The notes: generated by a model not told the origin, from the letters alone. A stretch of 60,668 nucleotides of DNA from an uncultured Candidatus Saccharibacteria bacterium (GCA_964402895.1 CAYODR010000004.1:34209-94876), one strand, 5' to 3'; numbered from the stretch's first letter, positions 47,304-56,399 are shown. Numbers and translations are program-made.

Positions 47304-48017
47304 ATGAAAAATAATAATATAAAAAAGTATTTAAGTCCTAAAAAATATTTTTACTACTTTTTATCAAAAATTAAAACTTTATTTTCTAAATTAGAGAATA
47401 AAGGTGAAAGGGTTGAACCATTTTTTAAATTTAAATTTTTATTAAATGAAAATGATAGATGTCATATAAATAGATATAAATTTGGTTTAGATTATATAAA
47501 TAAAGATTTAATCATTGGAGACATGGCCTGTGGTACTGGCTATGGATCTGTTATTCTTACTCAAAGATCTAAAATGGTTAGGGGGGTTGATATAGATGGT
47601 AATGTAATAAGTCACATATCTGATAAATATAAAAATATAAAAAATTTATATTTTGAAAAAAAAGATTTATTAGATATTGAATATAGTAATATTTTTGATG
47701 TAATATTTTCTTTTGAAACAATAGAGCACTTTTATGAAGATGATATAATAAAATTGATGACCATATTTCATAAATCTTTAAAAGAAAATGGCTTAATTAT
47801 TTTTTCTACTCCATATATGCAAATTAATGATAAAAAAGCTATAGATATGGGATTTCATAGAACATTTTTTATAGATGAAGAGAAAATTAAAAACTGGTTA
47901 AGTAGTTCAGGTTTTAAACTTGAAAAATTTTACTATCAAAATTATAGAAGTTCTAAAATATCTAATAATATAAAAATTCAAAAAGATTTTATTATTTGTA
48001 TAGCAAAAAAGAACTAG
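47304..48017 (+). CDS. class I SAM-dependent methyltransferase
   Basis: Motif I DMACGTGYGS. Confidence 0.7.
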   Translation: MKNNNIKKYLSPKKYFYYFLSKIKTLFSKLENKGERVEPFFKFKFLLNENDRCHINRYKFGLDYINKDLIIGDMACGTGYGSVILTQRSKMVRGVDIDGNVISHISDKYKNIKNLYFEKKDLLDIEYSNIFDVIFSFETIEHFYEDDIIKLMTIFHKSLKENGLIIFSTPYMQINDKKAIDMGFHRTFFIDEEKIKNWLSSSGFKLEKFYYQNYRSSKISNNIKIQKDFIICIAKKN

Positions 48018-48771
48018 TTTTTTTAAAAATAAATTTTGTATAATAATATAATAAAATAATAAATTTGATTTTTTTCTTATTATATTTATTTATAATATAT
48101 TTAACTTCGTTTATGATTAGTTTATTGTTTATTTTATGGTTTGTTATTTGGTGTTTTCCTAATGTATTGACAACAAATAAATTTTTAATTATGTATGGAT
48201 TTCCATATTTTAAATGACACATTTTATAATAGTCACAATCCATAAGCCATATTAAATTTTCATCAAATAACATAGGACTTGAATTTTTAATTGTTATTGC
48301 AGAAGGTGATCCTATAGTATTATTTCCAATATAAATAAAATTATTATATTTAGGTTTAATTTTATTAAAATATTTAATACCATCATAGTCTGTATGAATA
48401 CTAGATGTTATAGCCCAATTAAAATTATTTTTTTTATATTCTTTATATAATATTTCAAGATATTTTTTGTTTAGTAAAAAATCATCTTGAAAGATTATTT
48501 TTATTATTTCTCCACTAGATTTTTTAATTGCATTATTTATATTAGAAGAAGAACTACCTATATTTATATTATTCTTAATATATACTATATTTAGTTTTTC
48601 ATTATATTTTTTACACAAATCTTCAATATTCTTGTTTTTAGAATGGTCAGATATGATAATTTCAAAATTTTTAAACGTTTGCCTTTCTAAACTTAAAAAA
48701 TTTCTCTCTAGAAAGAAATTTCCCATTTCTCTCATTTCGTATGTTGGTATACAAACACTAATTTTATACAT
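47992..48771 (-). CDS. glycosyltransferase family 2-like
   Basis: ISVCIPTYE...LERQTFKNFEIIISDHS. It is extremely AT-rich. Confidence 0.7.
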   Translation of the reverse strand: MYKISVCIPTYEMREMGNFFLERNFLSLERQTFKNFEIIISDHSKNKNIEDLCKKYNEKLNIVYIKNNINIGSSSSNINNAIKKSSGEIIKIIFQDDFLLNKKYLEILYKEYKKNNFNWAITSSIHTDYDGIKYFNKIKPKYNNFIYIGNNTIGSPSAITIKNSSPMLFDENLIWLMDCDYYKMCHLKYGNPYIIKNLFVVNTLGKHQITNHKINNKLIINEVKYIINKYNKKKIKFIILLYYYTKFIFKKTSSFLLYK

Positions 48772-48814
48772 AAATTAACTATAGTTTTTTATGTTATAAT
48801 TGTAAAGTTTATTT

Positions 48815-49636
48815 ATGGAATATAAAATATCTATAATTCTCCCTGTCTATAACGGAGAAAAATATATAGCAAAGTCTATAAGGAGTATAATATCCCAGTC
48901 TTTTCAAGATTGGGAACTTCTCGTTATTGACGATGGGTCTATAGACAGTACAGAAAATATAGTTCTTAATTTTTGCAATAAAGATTCTAGGGTAAAGTAT
49001 TTTAAAAATGATAAAAATCTGGGAATACAAAAAACTTTAAATAGGGGGCTGGCACTATCTCAAGGAAAATATATCGCACGTATTGATGCAGATGATGAAT
49101 GGGTAGATAGGGAAAAGATTTTAATACAATTTGATTTCCTAGAAAAAAATCCTGATTATGGGCTTGTTGGTACGGGAGCTATTTTGATCGATAGTAAAGG
49201 TGTAGAACTATCAAGATATCTACTGCCAGAAAAAGATAAAGATATTAGAAAAAAAATTTTAGGTAGGAATTGTTTTGTCCACTCTTCTGTATTTTTTCGA
49301 AAAGAATTAGTTGGTGACGGTTATTCAGAAAGTGTTTTACATAGACATATTGAGGATCAAGAACTGTGGCTTAGAATAGGCTTGGTTTCAAAAATTTTTA
49401 ATTTACAAAAACATTCAGTCTCTCTCACTGTTTCAAGGGATAGTATTACTTCTAAAAATAGAACTATACAAGCAAAAAGAATGCTCTCTTTATGTTTTAA
49501 ATACAAAGATAAATATCCAAATAAAATAGGAAATATTTTATTTGGATATTCTAGATATGTATTCTTTTTAGTTTATAGTTACATTCCTTTTTCAAAAAGT
49601 ATAGTTTATAAACTACAATCTTTTTTTAAAAAATAA
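48815..49636 (+). CDS. glycosyltransferase family 2
   Basis: ISIILPVYNGEKYI...SQSFQDWELLVIDDGS.D.T, and ARIDADD. Confidence 0.85.
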   Translation: MEYKISIILPVYNGEKYIAKSIRSIISQSFQDWELLVIDDGSIDSTENIVLNFCNKDSRVKYFKNDKNLGIQKTLNRGLALSQGKYIARIDADDEWVDREKILIQFDFLEKNPDYGLVGTGAILIDSKGVELSRYLLPEKDKDIRKKILGRNCFVHSSVFFRKELVGDGYSESVLHRHIEDQELWLRIGLVSKIFNLQKHSVSLTVSRDSITSKNRTIQAKRMLSLCFKYKDKYPNKIGNILFGYSRYVFFLVYSYIPFSKSIVYKLQSFFKK

Positions 49637-50932
49637 ATTCTCTATCGAAGGTAATTCAAGATTAAATTTTGTCTCTGGATCTTTTTGTGCTTTGTAGAAA
49701 ATAAAAACATTTGAGATTATTTGTGATAGGGTATATGCAATAGCTGCTCCGTACATTCCATAGGGCGGTATTAAAGCAAAACATAAAAATACATTTGTAC
49801 CAGATGCGATTATTATATATTTTAAAGTTATTTTTTGTTTACCTTTTGCTAGAAAAGCATTTGAAATAAACAAGCTGGGAATTATAGCTACAGCACTAAT
49901 TGAAGCTATTTGAAATACTGGAACTGCTGGGGTGTACTCTGTGCCGTATATGATAGATATTAAGGGGGTAGCAAAAAAAGCCAATACTCCAGATATGATA
50001 CCTATACCTAATATTGAGATAGTTATTGATTTTCCTAAAACTTTTTTAAAGGAATATATATTTTCTTCAGATGTTCTAGATAACATAGGAAGTAGGGCAG
50101 TTGCAAAAAGAGATGGCACTAGCCAAAGTATTTGTATTATTTTTTGTGCTGCACTGTAGTATCCGACTTCTGACATTTCTCTAAAATAACCCAAGATGAG
50201 AGTGTCTATGTTATAGAGAGCTATTCCTAGTATTGCCACCATTCCTACAGGCCAAGCTTCTTTAAAAATATTTTTTATAATTTTTGGATCATAATTTAAA
50301 AAAATATTTGGGAAATATTTTTTTGTTGAAATGTAAACTAAAATTACACCTAGTATTCCAGCTATGATATAGGCAATAAATAAAGAGGGTGCTGTAGGGG
50401 TTTTGAAGATGTAGTATAAAGATATGGAAACTAATAAGATTGTAGAAAGTATTTTAATAATAGCTTCATGTTCCATTTTCTCTCTTGCTCTATTTAAAGA
50501 AAATCCAAACTCTCTTAGATTGTCGAGCATTAGTAATACTGCTACAAGTGGAATAATATTTTTAACTTGTTCATTTTCTATAAAAATAGACAGCATTAAA
50601 AGAGTACTCATGCTTACTATTGAAAGAATTATTTTTAATACAAAACTTGTAGCTATATACTTTTTTATGTCTCCATCTTTTTTTGAAACTTGTTTTATAA
50701 GTATTGAATTAATACCAATATCAGACAATATAGAAAATATACCCATTAGAGAAAGACCATAAGAAAAAAGACCCCATTCTGTAGCTCCTAGGATTCTAGC
50801 AGCATAAACAAATAACCCAAGTTTTAAAACTCTAGTCCCAGCTTCGCCTAATCCCAGCCAAAAAGTATTTTTGATCACTGTCTGTTTATCGCTAGTATTT
50901 TTGAAGAGAAAGTTTTTTATTTTTGAAAACAT
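49613..50932 (-). CDS. oligosaccharide flippase (Wzx/MOP superfamily)
   Basis: A 439-aa polytopic membrane protein of typical Wzx length and topology, within the glycan cluster. Confidence 0.75.
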   Translation of the reverse strand: MFSKIKNFLFKNTSDKQTVIKNTFWLGLGEAGTRVLKLGLFVYAARILGATEWGLFSYGLSLMGIFSILSDIGINSILIKQVSKKDGDIKKYIATSFVLKIILSIVSMSTLLMLSIFIENEQVKNIIPLVAVLLMLDNLREFGFSLNRAREKMEHEAIIKILSTILLVSISLYYIFKTPTAPSLFIAYIIAGILGVILVYISTKKYFPNIFLNYDPKIIKNIFKEAWPVGMVAILGIALYNIDTLILGYFREMSEVGYYSAAQKIIQILWLVPSLFATALLPMLSRTSEENIYSFKKVLGKSITISILGIGIISGVLAFFATPLISIIYGTEYTPAVPVFQIASISAVAIIPSLFISNAFLAKGKQKITLKYIIIASGTNVFLCFALIPPYGMYGAAIAYTLSQIISNVFIFYKAQKDPETKFNLELPSIENLFFKKRL

Positions 50933-50933
50933 T

Positions 50934-52208
50934 TTAATGTGTAAATATAATATGAATTGTTTTTAGTACTATCCCAATATCTAATAGGGGGTTTTTGTTT
51001 TTTATGTAATATAAATCAAATTCAAATTTTTCTTTTGAATCATCTACTGTTCTTGCGTATCTATATTTTACTTGTGCCCAGCCAGTAAAGCCTGGCCTTA
51101 CATAGTGTCTTAGATAGTAGTATGGTATTTGTTGTTCTAGTTCTCTTACAAACTCTGGTCTTTCAGGTCTTGGCCCTACAAGTGCAATATCTCCTTTAAT
51201 AATATTTATCATTTGAGGTATTTCATCTATATGGGTTTTTCTTAGGATTGAGCCTAGTGGTGTTATACGCTTATCTTTTTGTGTTGCCCATGTTGCTCCT
51301 GACTTTTCAGCATCTTTAAGCATTGAACGTATTTTATATACTCTAAAAATCTTTCCATTTTTTCCGACTCTTTCTTGAGAGTAGAATATAGGTGATCCGT
51401 CTTCTATAAATCTAGCAAACATAGCTAATAATAGGATGGGGGAAGATATGATGAGTACTAGACTTGCAACAAGAATTTCTATAATTCTATAAATTATATG
51501 TACGCCAATATTACGTTCTTTTGATATGTAGAAAAGAGCCTTGTCCTCATTCATTGTTGATAGGTTTATTTTACTAAACATTATTTCATAAGCTTTATGA
51601 AGTGGAAGAATTTCTGCATTTAGTTTTTGAGAAATTTTTATTAAAAGTTTTGTTTCTATATTTTCTGCTATGATTGTATTCACTCTTTTTATATTTATAG
51701 GTTCTGATAGCGATTTAATATGCAAACAAATAAAACCTATTTGAGGATGGTTTTCTATTTCTGATTTGAGTTTGTATATAAGTTGAGTATCTCCTATTAA
51801 AAGAATTGATTTGCGAAATTGTTTTGCAAAGAGGTGATAATAAAGTCTTCTCCATAGGATCGTTAGAATAAAAGAAAGTACGCCCACTATCAGCAAGTTT
51901 GTTTTTGGTGCAATTTTAGTCTGAGGAAGTAGATAAAAAAATAAAACCCCTACTACAATATTTGTAGTTATACCGATAGATAATAATCCTATATTTGTAG
52001 GGGAGGGGTTTATTTTTTTTATTTCATAAAGATCAAAAATAAAGAAGGTAATGAGCCATATTAAAAACAACCAAAAGAATGGCATAAACTGTTCTGAAAT
52101 TGCTTGCTCTGCAAAACCTTCAAAACGAATTCTTGTCATTATAAAAAAAGACAATAGAAAAGCGGCAATATCTCCTAAAACTAGTATAAAAATCCGCTGA
52201 GAAAACAT
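50934..52208 (-). CDS. undecaprenyl-phosphate sugar-phosphate transferase (WbaP/ExoY-like bacterial sugar transferase)
   Basis: SPIFYSQERVGKNGKIFRVYKIRSM...DEIPQMINIIKGDIALVGPRP. Confidence 0.85.
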   Translation of the reverse strand: MFSQRIFILVLGDIAAFLLSFFIMTRIRFEGFAEQAISEQFMPFFWLFLIWLITFFIFDLYEIKKINPSPTNIGLLSIGITTNIVVGVLFFYLLPQTKIAPKTNLLIVGVLSFILTILWRRLYYHLFAKQFRKSILLIGDTQLIYKLKSEIENHPQIGFICLHIKSLSEPINIKRVNTIIAENIETKLLIKISQKLNAEILPLHKAYEIMFSKINLSTMNEDKALFYISKERNIGVHIIYRIIEILVASLVLIISSPILLLAMFARFIEDGSPIFYSQERVGKNGKIFRVYKIRSMLKDAEKSGATWATQKDKRITPLGSILRKTHIDEIPQMINIIKGDIALVGPRPERPEFVRELEQQIPYYYLRHYVRPGFTGWAQVKYRYARTVDDSKEKFEFDLYYIKNKNPLLDIGIVLKTIHIIFTH

Positions 52209-52314
52209 GTGCTCATTGTATAATATTTTAATTATTTGTAAATGGTCGAGCTATTTTTATAAATATAAAGTGTAAATAATATTTTATCAAAATTTGAACA
52301 CACTTTCGTATTAT

Positions 52315-52710
52315 ATGAGTATAAAAAGATTTAAAAAATGGTTTTTAATTAAAGAAAAGATAGATGAGCAAAATATAAATAAACTCCCGCTATTTTCAGA
52401 AGGAGAGGTCTGGTGGTGTGGAATAGGTGAGAATGTTGGTATTGAAATTAATGGAAAGAGTGAAGTATTTTCTCGTCCTATAGTTATTTATAAGAAATTA
52501 AGTCGTATGGGTTTTATGGCAATCCCTATGTCTACTCAGTTTAAAAATGGTAGTTGGTATGTATCTATTTATTTTCAAGAAAAGCAGGTTGTATTAAATA
52601 TTTCTCAAGCTCGCGTAGTAAGTTCTTCAAGGTTATATTCTAGGATAGGATCACTTGATGAAAATGATATAAAGATTTTGAAAGAAAAATTTATAGAATT
52701 ATATAAATAA
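52315..52710 (+). CDS. MazF/PemK-fold protein (long N-terminal variant)
   Basis: EGEVWWCGIGENVGIEINGKSEVFSRPIVIYKKL...AIPMSTQ...LNISQARVVSSSRL..RIGSLD follows the PemK pattern G-[DE]-V-[WY]..G.E..G.RP..V ... Q.R..S..RL. The start was set to the ATG after the shared leader. Confidence 0.7.
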   Translation: MSIKRFKKWFLIKEKIDEQNINKLPLFSEGEVWWCGIGENVGIEINGKSEVFSRPIVIYKKLSRMGFMAIPMSTQFKNGSWYVSIYFQEKQVVLNISQARVVSSSRLYSRIGSLDENDIKILKEKFIELYK

Positions 52711-52884
52711 AAAAACTTATCCTCATAGATAAGTTTTTTTATTTATATTTTCCTCTATCTCTCAATAGAGGTACGCGGGAAACCCCGAATATGTTTTTAG
52801 TATAACAAAAATACTTAAAGGGTCAAATCAAAAAAGTGAATACGATTTTATCAAAATTTGAACACACTTTCGTATCATATAGAT

Positions 52885-53397
52885 ATGGGAAATAATTATG
52901 CATATATTGATGCTTCAAATCTTAGGTTCGGTATTTTACAAAATAATTGGGAGATAGACTATAAATCTTTTAGATCTTGGCTTAGAGACAAGTTTGGTAT
53001 TCAAAAAGCAATTCTTTTTATAGGATTTATTTCTGAGAATATTGATATTTATAATCATTTAAAATCAATTGGATATGATATTGTTTTTCGCCCTACTTTA
53101 AAAAATAAATATGGAGAAACAAAAGGGAATGTAGATGGTGAACTAATACTTCAAATAGCAAAAGATTTCTATGAACAAAAACTTAAATCAGTAATTCTTG
53201 TTTCTGGGGATGACGATTATTGTTGTATCGTTGAGTTTCTTAAAGATAAAAAAATACCCATTACGATAGTATCACCTAATAAAAAATACCTCTCACTCCT
53301 TCTTAAAAGAACTAATGTACCAATTGTTATCTTGGAAGATATGAAAAATAAACTTCAGAAAAAACCTAAAATGAAAAAACCCCCAGATAGACCGTAA
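52885..53397 (+). CDS. NYN (LabA-like) domain protein, copy 2
   Basis: NNYAYIDASNL...LFIGFI...KGNVDGELIL...ILVSGDDDY. The ATG sits directly after the shared leader. Confidence 0.8.
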   Translation: MGNNYAYIDASNLRFGILQNNWEIDYKSFRSWLRDKFGIQKAILFIGFISENIDIYNHLKSIGYDIVFRPTLKNKYGETKGNVDGELILQIAKDFYEQKLKSVILVSGDDDYCCIVEFLKDKKIPITIVSPNKKYLSLLLKRTNVPIVILEDMKNKLQKKPKMKKPPDRP

Positions 53398-53516
53398 TCT
53401 ATCAAGGGTTTTTTTCTTGTTTATAGTTTTATTATATCAAATTTATTTCTAGCGTCAATCTTAAATTGTGAATACAACTTTATCAAAATTTGAACTCTAT
53501 TTCGTATCATATAGAT

Positions 53517-53996
53517 ATGGAAAATAATTATGCATATATTGATGGGCAGAATTTGTATTTGTCTATAAAAATATTAGGCTGGAAAATAGACTGGAAAAGA
53601 TTTAGAGTTTATTTAAAAGAGAATTATTTAATAGAAAGAGCTTTTTTATTTATTGGGTATATTGATGGTAATAATAATTTATATTCAAGATTGCAAGATG
53701 CTGGTTTTATTTGTATTTTTAAGCCAGTATTAAAATATAAAAATGGAATAATAAAAGGTAATGTTGATACAGAGTTGGTTTTGCATACTATGATACATTT
53801 TAAGGATTTTAAGAAAGCTGTTTTAATTACTGGTGATGGGGATTTTTATTGTTTGGTTCAATATCTTTTAGAAAAAGATAAATTAAAAACAGTACTTGTT
53901 CCTAATAGAGATAAATATTCTGCATTATTAAAAAAGTTTGCTAAGAAAAACATTGCTTTTATGAATGATCTTAAAAATTTGATAGGTGAAAAATAA
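53517..53996 (+). CDS. NYN (LabA-like) domain protein, copy 3
   Basis: NNYAYIDGQNLYL...LFIGYI...KGNVDTELVL...VLITGDGDF. Confidence 0.8.
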   Translation: MENNYAYIDGQNLYLSIKILGWKIDWKRFRVYLKENYLIERAFLFIGYIDGNNNLYSRLQDAGFICIFKPVLKYKNGIIKGNVDTELVLHTMIHFKDFKKAVLITGDGDFYCLVQYLLEKDKLKTVLVPNRDKYSALLKKFAKKNIAFMNDLKNLIGEK

Positions 53997-54036
53997 AAAG
54001 GACCCTACAAAGACAAAACATTGTAGGGGACTTTTT

Positions 54037-54433
54037 GTGGTGATATTTCTATTATACACATTTAGTATTTTTCAGCAATCTTAAAATGTGAATATGATTT
54101 TATCAAAATTTGAACGCTATATTTGTACCATATACATATGGATATATAAAAAAGCCTCCTTAGGTAGTTAGCCGTTCGGATGCTTTTTCGTCGTAATATA
54201 TTTCCATTATACACATCTAGTCTTTTTCAGCAATCTTAAAATGTGAATATAAAATTTTAGAATCTTTAATAAAAGAAATTATATAAAAACGAATGCTGGT
54301 GTGATTTCCACACCAGCATTCTCGGAGGCCAAAGCCATAATATCTTTATTATACACACCCACACATTTTGAGCAAATCAAAAAAGTGAATACGACTTTAT
54401 CAAAATTTGAACACACTTTCGTATCATGTAGAT
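54037..54433 (+). pseudogene. two gutted cassettes (junction plus start codon fused to gene 3' ends)
   Basis: After a full junction the reading frame is only ATG GAT ATA TAA (54138-54149). A terminator module follows that closely resembles the one after NYN copy 1 (35270-35310). A second truncated junction (54190-54258) is fused to a 3' end resembling that of the MazF-like gene (AGAAATTATATAA). Confidence 0.55.
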
Positions 54434-54946
54434 ATGAAAAATAATTACGCATTTATTGATGGAGCAAACTTACACAAAGGAGTTGATTCTTTAGGTTGGA
54501 ATTTAGATTATCAAAAGTTTTTTATATGGATAAAAGAAAAATATAAAATTAAAAAAGTTTTTATATTTTTAGGTTATATAGATAAATATCGTAATCTTTA
54601 TAAGTTATTAGAGAGATATGGTTATATAATTATTTTCAAGGAAGTAGTTTATGATATTCACGGAAAAGCAAAAGGGAATTGTGATGCAGATCTTGTTTTG
54701 CATGCTGTCATTAATTATTATGAAAAGTATTTTGAAAAAGTTTTATTAGTTTCTAGTGATGGGGATTATTCATCTTTAGTAAAATTTCTATTAAAGAATA
54801 ATAGTTTAATATCAATAGTATCTCCAGCAAATGAGAAAAAGTGCTCAATTTTATTAAAGAGAACCGGTGCGAAGATATCTTATATTAAAGATCAGTATGA
54901 AAAACTTAGAATAAAAAAAGCCCCCGATAGAGACAAAACTCTATAA
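54434..54946 (+). CDS. NYN (LabA-like) domain protein, copy 4
   Basis: NNYAFIDGANLH...IFLGYI...KGNCDADLVL...LLVSSDGDY. Confidence 0.8.
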   Translation: MKNNYAFIDGANLHKGVDSLGWNLDYQKFFIWIKEKYKIKKVFIFLGYIDKYRNLYKLLERYGYIIIFKEVVYDIHGKAKGNCDADLVLHAVINYYEKYFEKVLLVSSDGDYSSLVKFLLKNNSLISIVSPANEKKCSILLKRTGAKISYIKDQYEKLRIKKAPDRDKTL

Positions 54947-55127
54947 GGGTCTTTTTTGTGGTGATATATCCATTATACACATCCATTTATTTTGAGCAAA
55001 CCCAAAATGTGAATACGACTTTATCTAGATTTTATATCTATCACCGCCGACCAAGGGTCGGCGGTATTAGATGGTGAGGGGAGTAATGTATTGATACTAG
55101 TACTCGTCATAGATAGTATATATACAT

Positions 55128-55286
55128 ATGAAAAAAATATTATCAATGATAATTGAATACTCTAGTCAGATATCTTTGTTTCAAAAAAACTCTGTTCAAA
55201 AAGAAACAAAAAAAATTCTTTCAAAATACCACAAGACTTTTAAAGATCTAGCTGTTTATGACAGAAAAGGAAAAGTTCGTAATTAA
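55128..55286 (+). CDS. possible 52-aa protein (below the track cutoff), unknown function
   Basis: Hand translation gives MKKILSMIIEYSSQISLFQKNSVQKETKKILSKYHKTFKDLAVYDRKGKVRN. A second short ORF (55258-55350) overlaps it in another frame. Confidence 0.3.
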   Translation: MKKILSMIIEYSSQISLFQKNSVQKETKKILSKYHKTFKDLAVYDRKGKVRN

Positions 55287-55433
55287 GTACCGGACTTTTG
55301 ATGATGTAAAAGATGATTTGAAGAATTGGATAAAAGAAAATTCAAAATAGGGCAAAATTCGTATTTTAATAGAATACAGATTTTGTTTTTGTAAACTTTG
55401 GGCTTCAGACGCAAATTGGTATGATATAGGCGT

Positions 55434-55910
55434 ATGACACAGAATAGTAATAATCAGAAATCATTTTTTCAGAAAAACAGAAATAGTATTGTTTCTGCAA
55501 TAGTTATCATAATTATAGGTTTGTTTATTTTCTTTATTTTTAACAATAAGCCAGCAAGAGAATCAAATCTAGAACAAGAAGTTGTAGAAAATACAGAAGA
55601 GACAATAGTAGAAGCATCAGAAGTATCTATTCCAGAAGGAGAAGAAGCTTATCAAGCAGCGATAACATCACACGCAGGTAGAATTATTGAAATCACAGAT
55701 GTATGTGTAGCTACACCTGAGACTCTATCAATCGCACTAGGAGAGACAGCCCTACTTAACAACTCATCAGATCTTTCACAAGATTTTACAATGGGTGAAG
55801 AGACATTTACAGTAGGTGCTCGCCACTATAAAACACTTCGCTTCAAAGAAGCACAAACAGCAACTCTCACATGTGGAGATGCGACAATTGCAACTATTGA
55901 AGTAAAATAA
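55434..55910 (+). CDS. membrane-anchored hypothetical protein
   Basis: N-terminal TM helix plus a beta-rich domain of about 100 aa. A candidate promoter TTGGGC-N16-TATGAT lies upstream. Confidence 0.6.
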   Translation: MTQNSNNQKSFFQKNRNSIVSAIVIIIIGLFIFFIFNNKPARESNLEQEVVENTEETIVEASEVSIPEGEEAYQAAITSHAGRIIEITDVCVATPETLSIALGETALLNNSSDLSQDFTMGEETFTVGARHYKTLRFKEAQTATLTCGDATIATIEVK

Positions 55911-55914
55911 TTTT

Positions 55915-56340
55915 ATGAAAAGAAAAACTATTATTCTTATCACCGCAGTTTTGGCTATAGTGATACTAGTGATAGCGCTTCTTTCGAGGCAAATAGGACT
56001 GCAAAGTCCTATTGTCTTTTTGGATGAACCACATTCTGTTGTCGACCAAAATCCTAAACAAAGACAGGATATAGAATTTGAAATTTATTCTGTAAAAGAT
56101 GAGCCAACACATATATATGTAGTGAATGCTTGTGAGGTGTATGTAAATAAAAATATTTTTACAGCGAATGAACCGGTAGTTGTAGAAAATACTACAGATG
56201 AAATTCACGAAATTCAAATAGGCAAGCGAGCATATATTTTACCCAAAAAAGAAAAAGTAATGGCGAGATTTAGTGGGGTAGGTTCATTTGATATTTTGTG
56301 TGATGAATTAAATACGGGATTGGGAATCTATATTAACTAG
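55915..56340 (+). CDS. membrane-anchored hypothetical protein (same architecture as the upstream gene)
   Basis: N-terminal TM helix plus a beta-rich domain. It lies 4 nt after the previous stop. Confidence 0.6.
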   Translation: MKRKTIILITAVLAIVILVIALLSRQIGLQSPIVFLDEPHSVVDQNPKQRQDIEFEIYSVKDEPTHIYVVNACEVYVNKNIFTANEPVVVENTTDEIHEIQIGKRAYILPKKEKVMARFSGVGSFDILCDELNTGLGIYIN

Positions 56341-56364
56341 AACTAGTTTTAAATATAAAAAACA

Positions 56365-56394
56365 TTGACTTTTTAGCGATAAAAAGTATATTAT
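56365..56394 (+). promoter_or_regulatory. sigma70-type promoter of rplJ-rplL
   Basis: TTGACT-N18-TATTAT. Confidence 0.6.
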
Positions 56395-56399
56395 AGGGC

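Larger units (their letters stand above)
52262..55035 (+). repeat. tandem cassette array sharing a conserved junction (terminator + candidate promoter + 5' leader); 7 junction copies
   Basis: The core GTGAATAYGAYTTTATCAAAATTTGAACACACTTTCGTATCATATAGAT-ATG, or close variants, ends at 52314, 52884, 53516, 54137 and 54433. Truncated copies lie at 54190-54258 and 54958-55025. Confidence 0.85.

Noticed and set aside
52315-53397. MazF-like gene plus the following NYN gene as a classical type II toxin-antitoxin pair
   Set aside because: Both products are nuclease folds of toxin size. They are separated by a terminator and a full promoter junction, and neither has a DNA-binding antitoxin-like domain.
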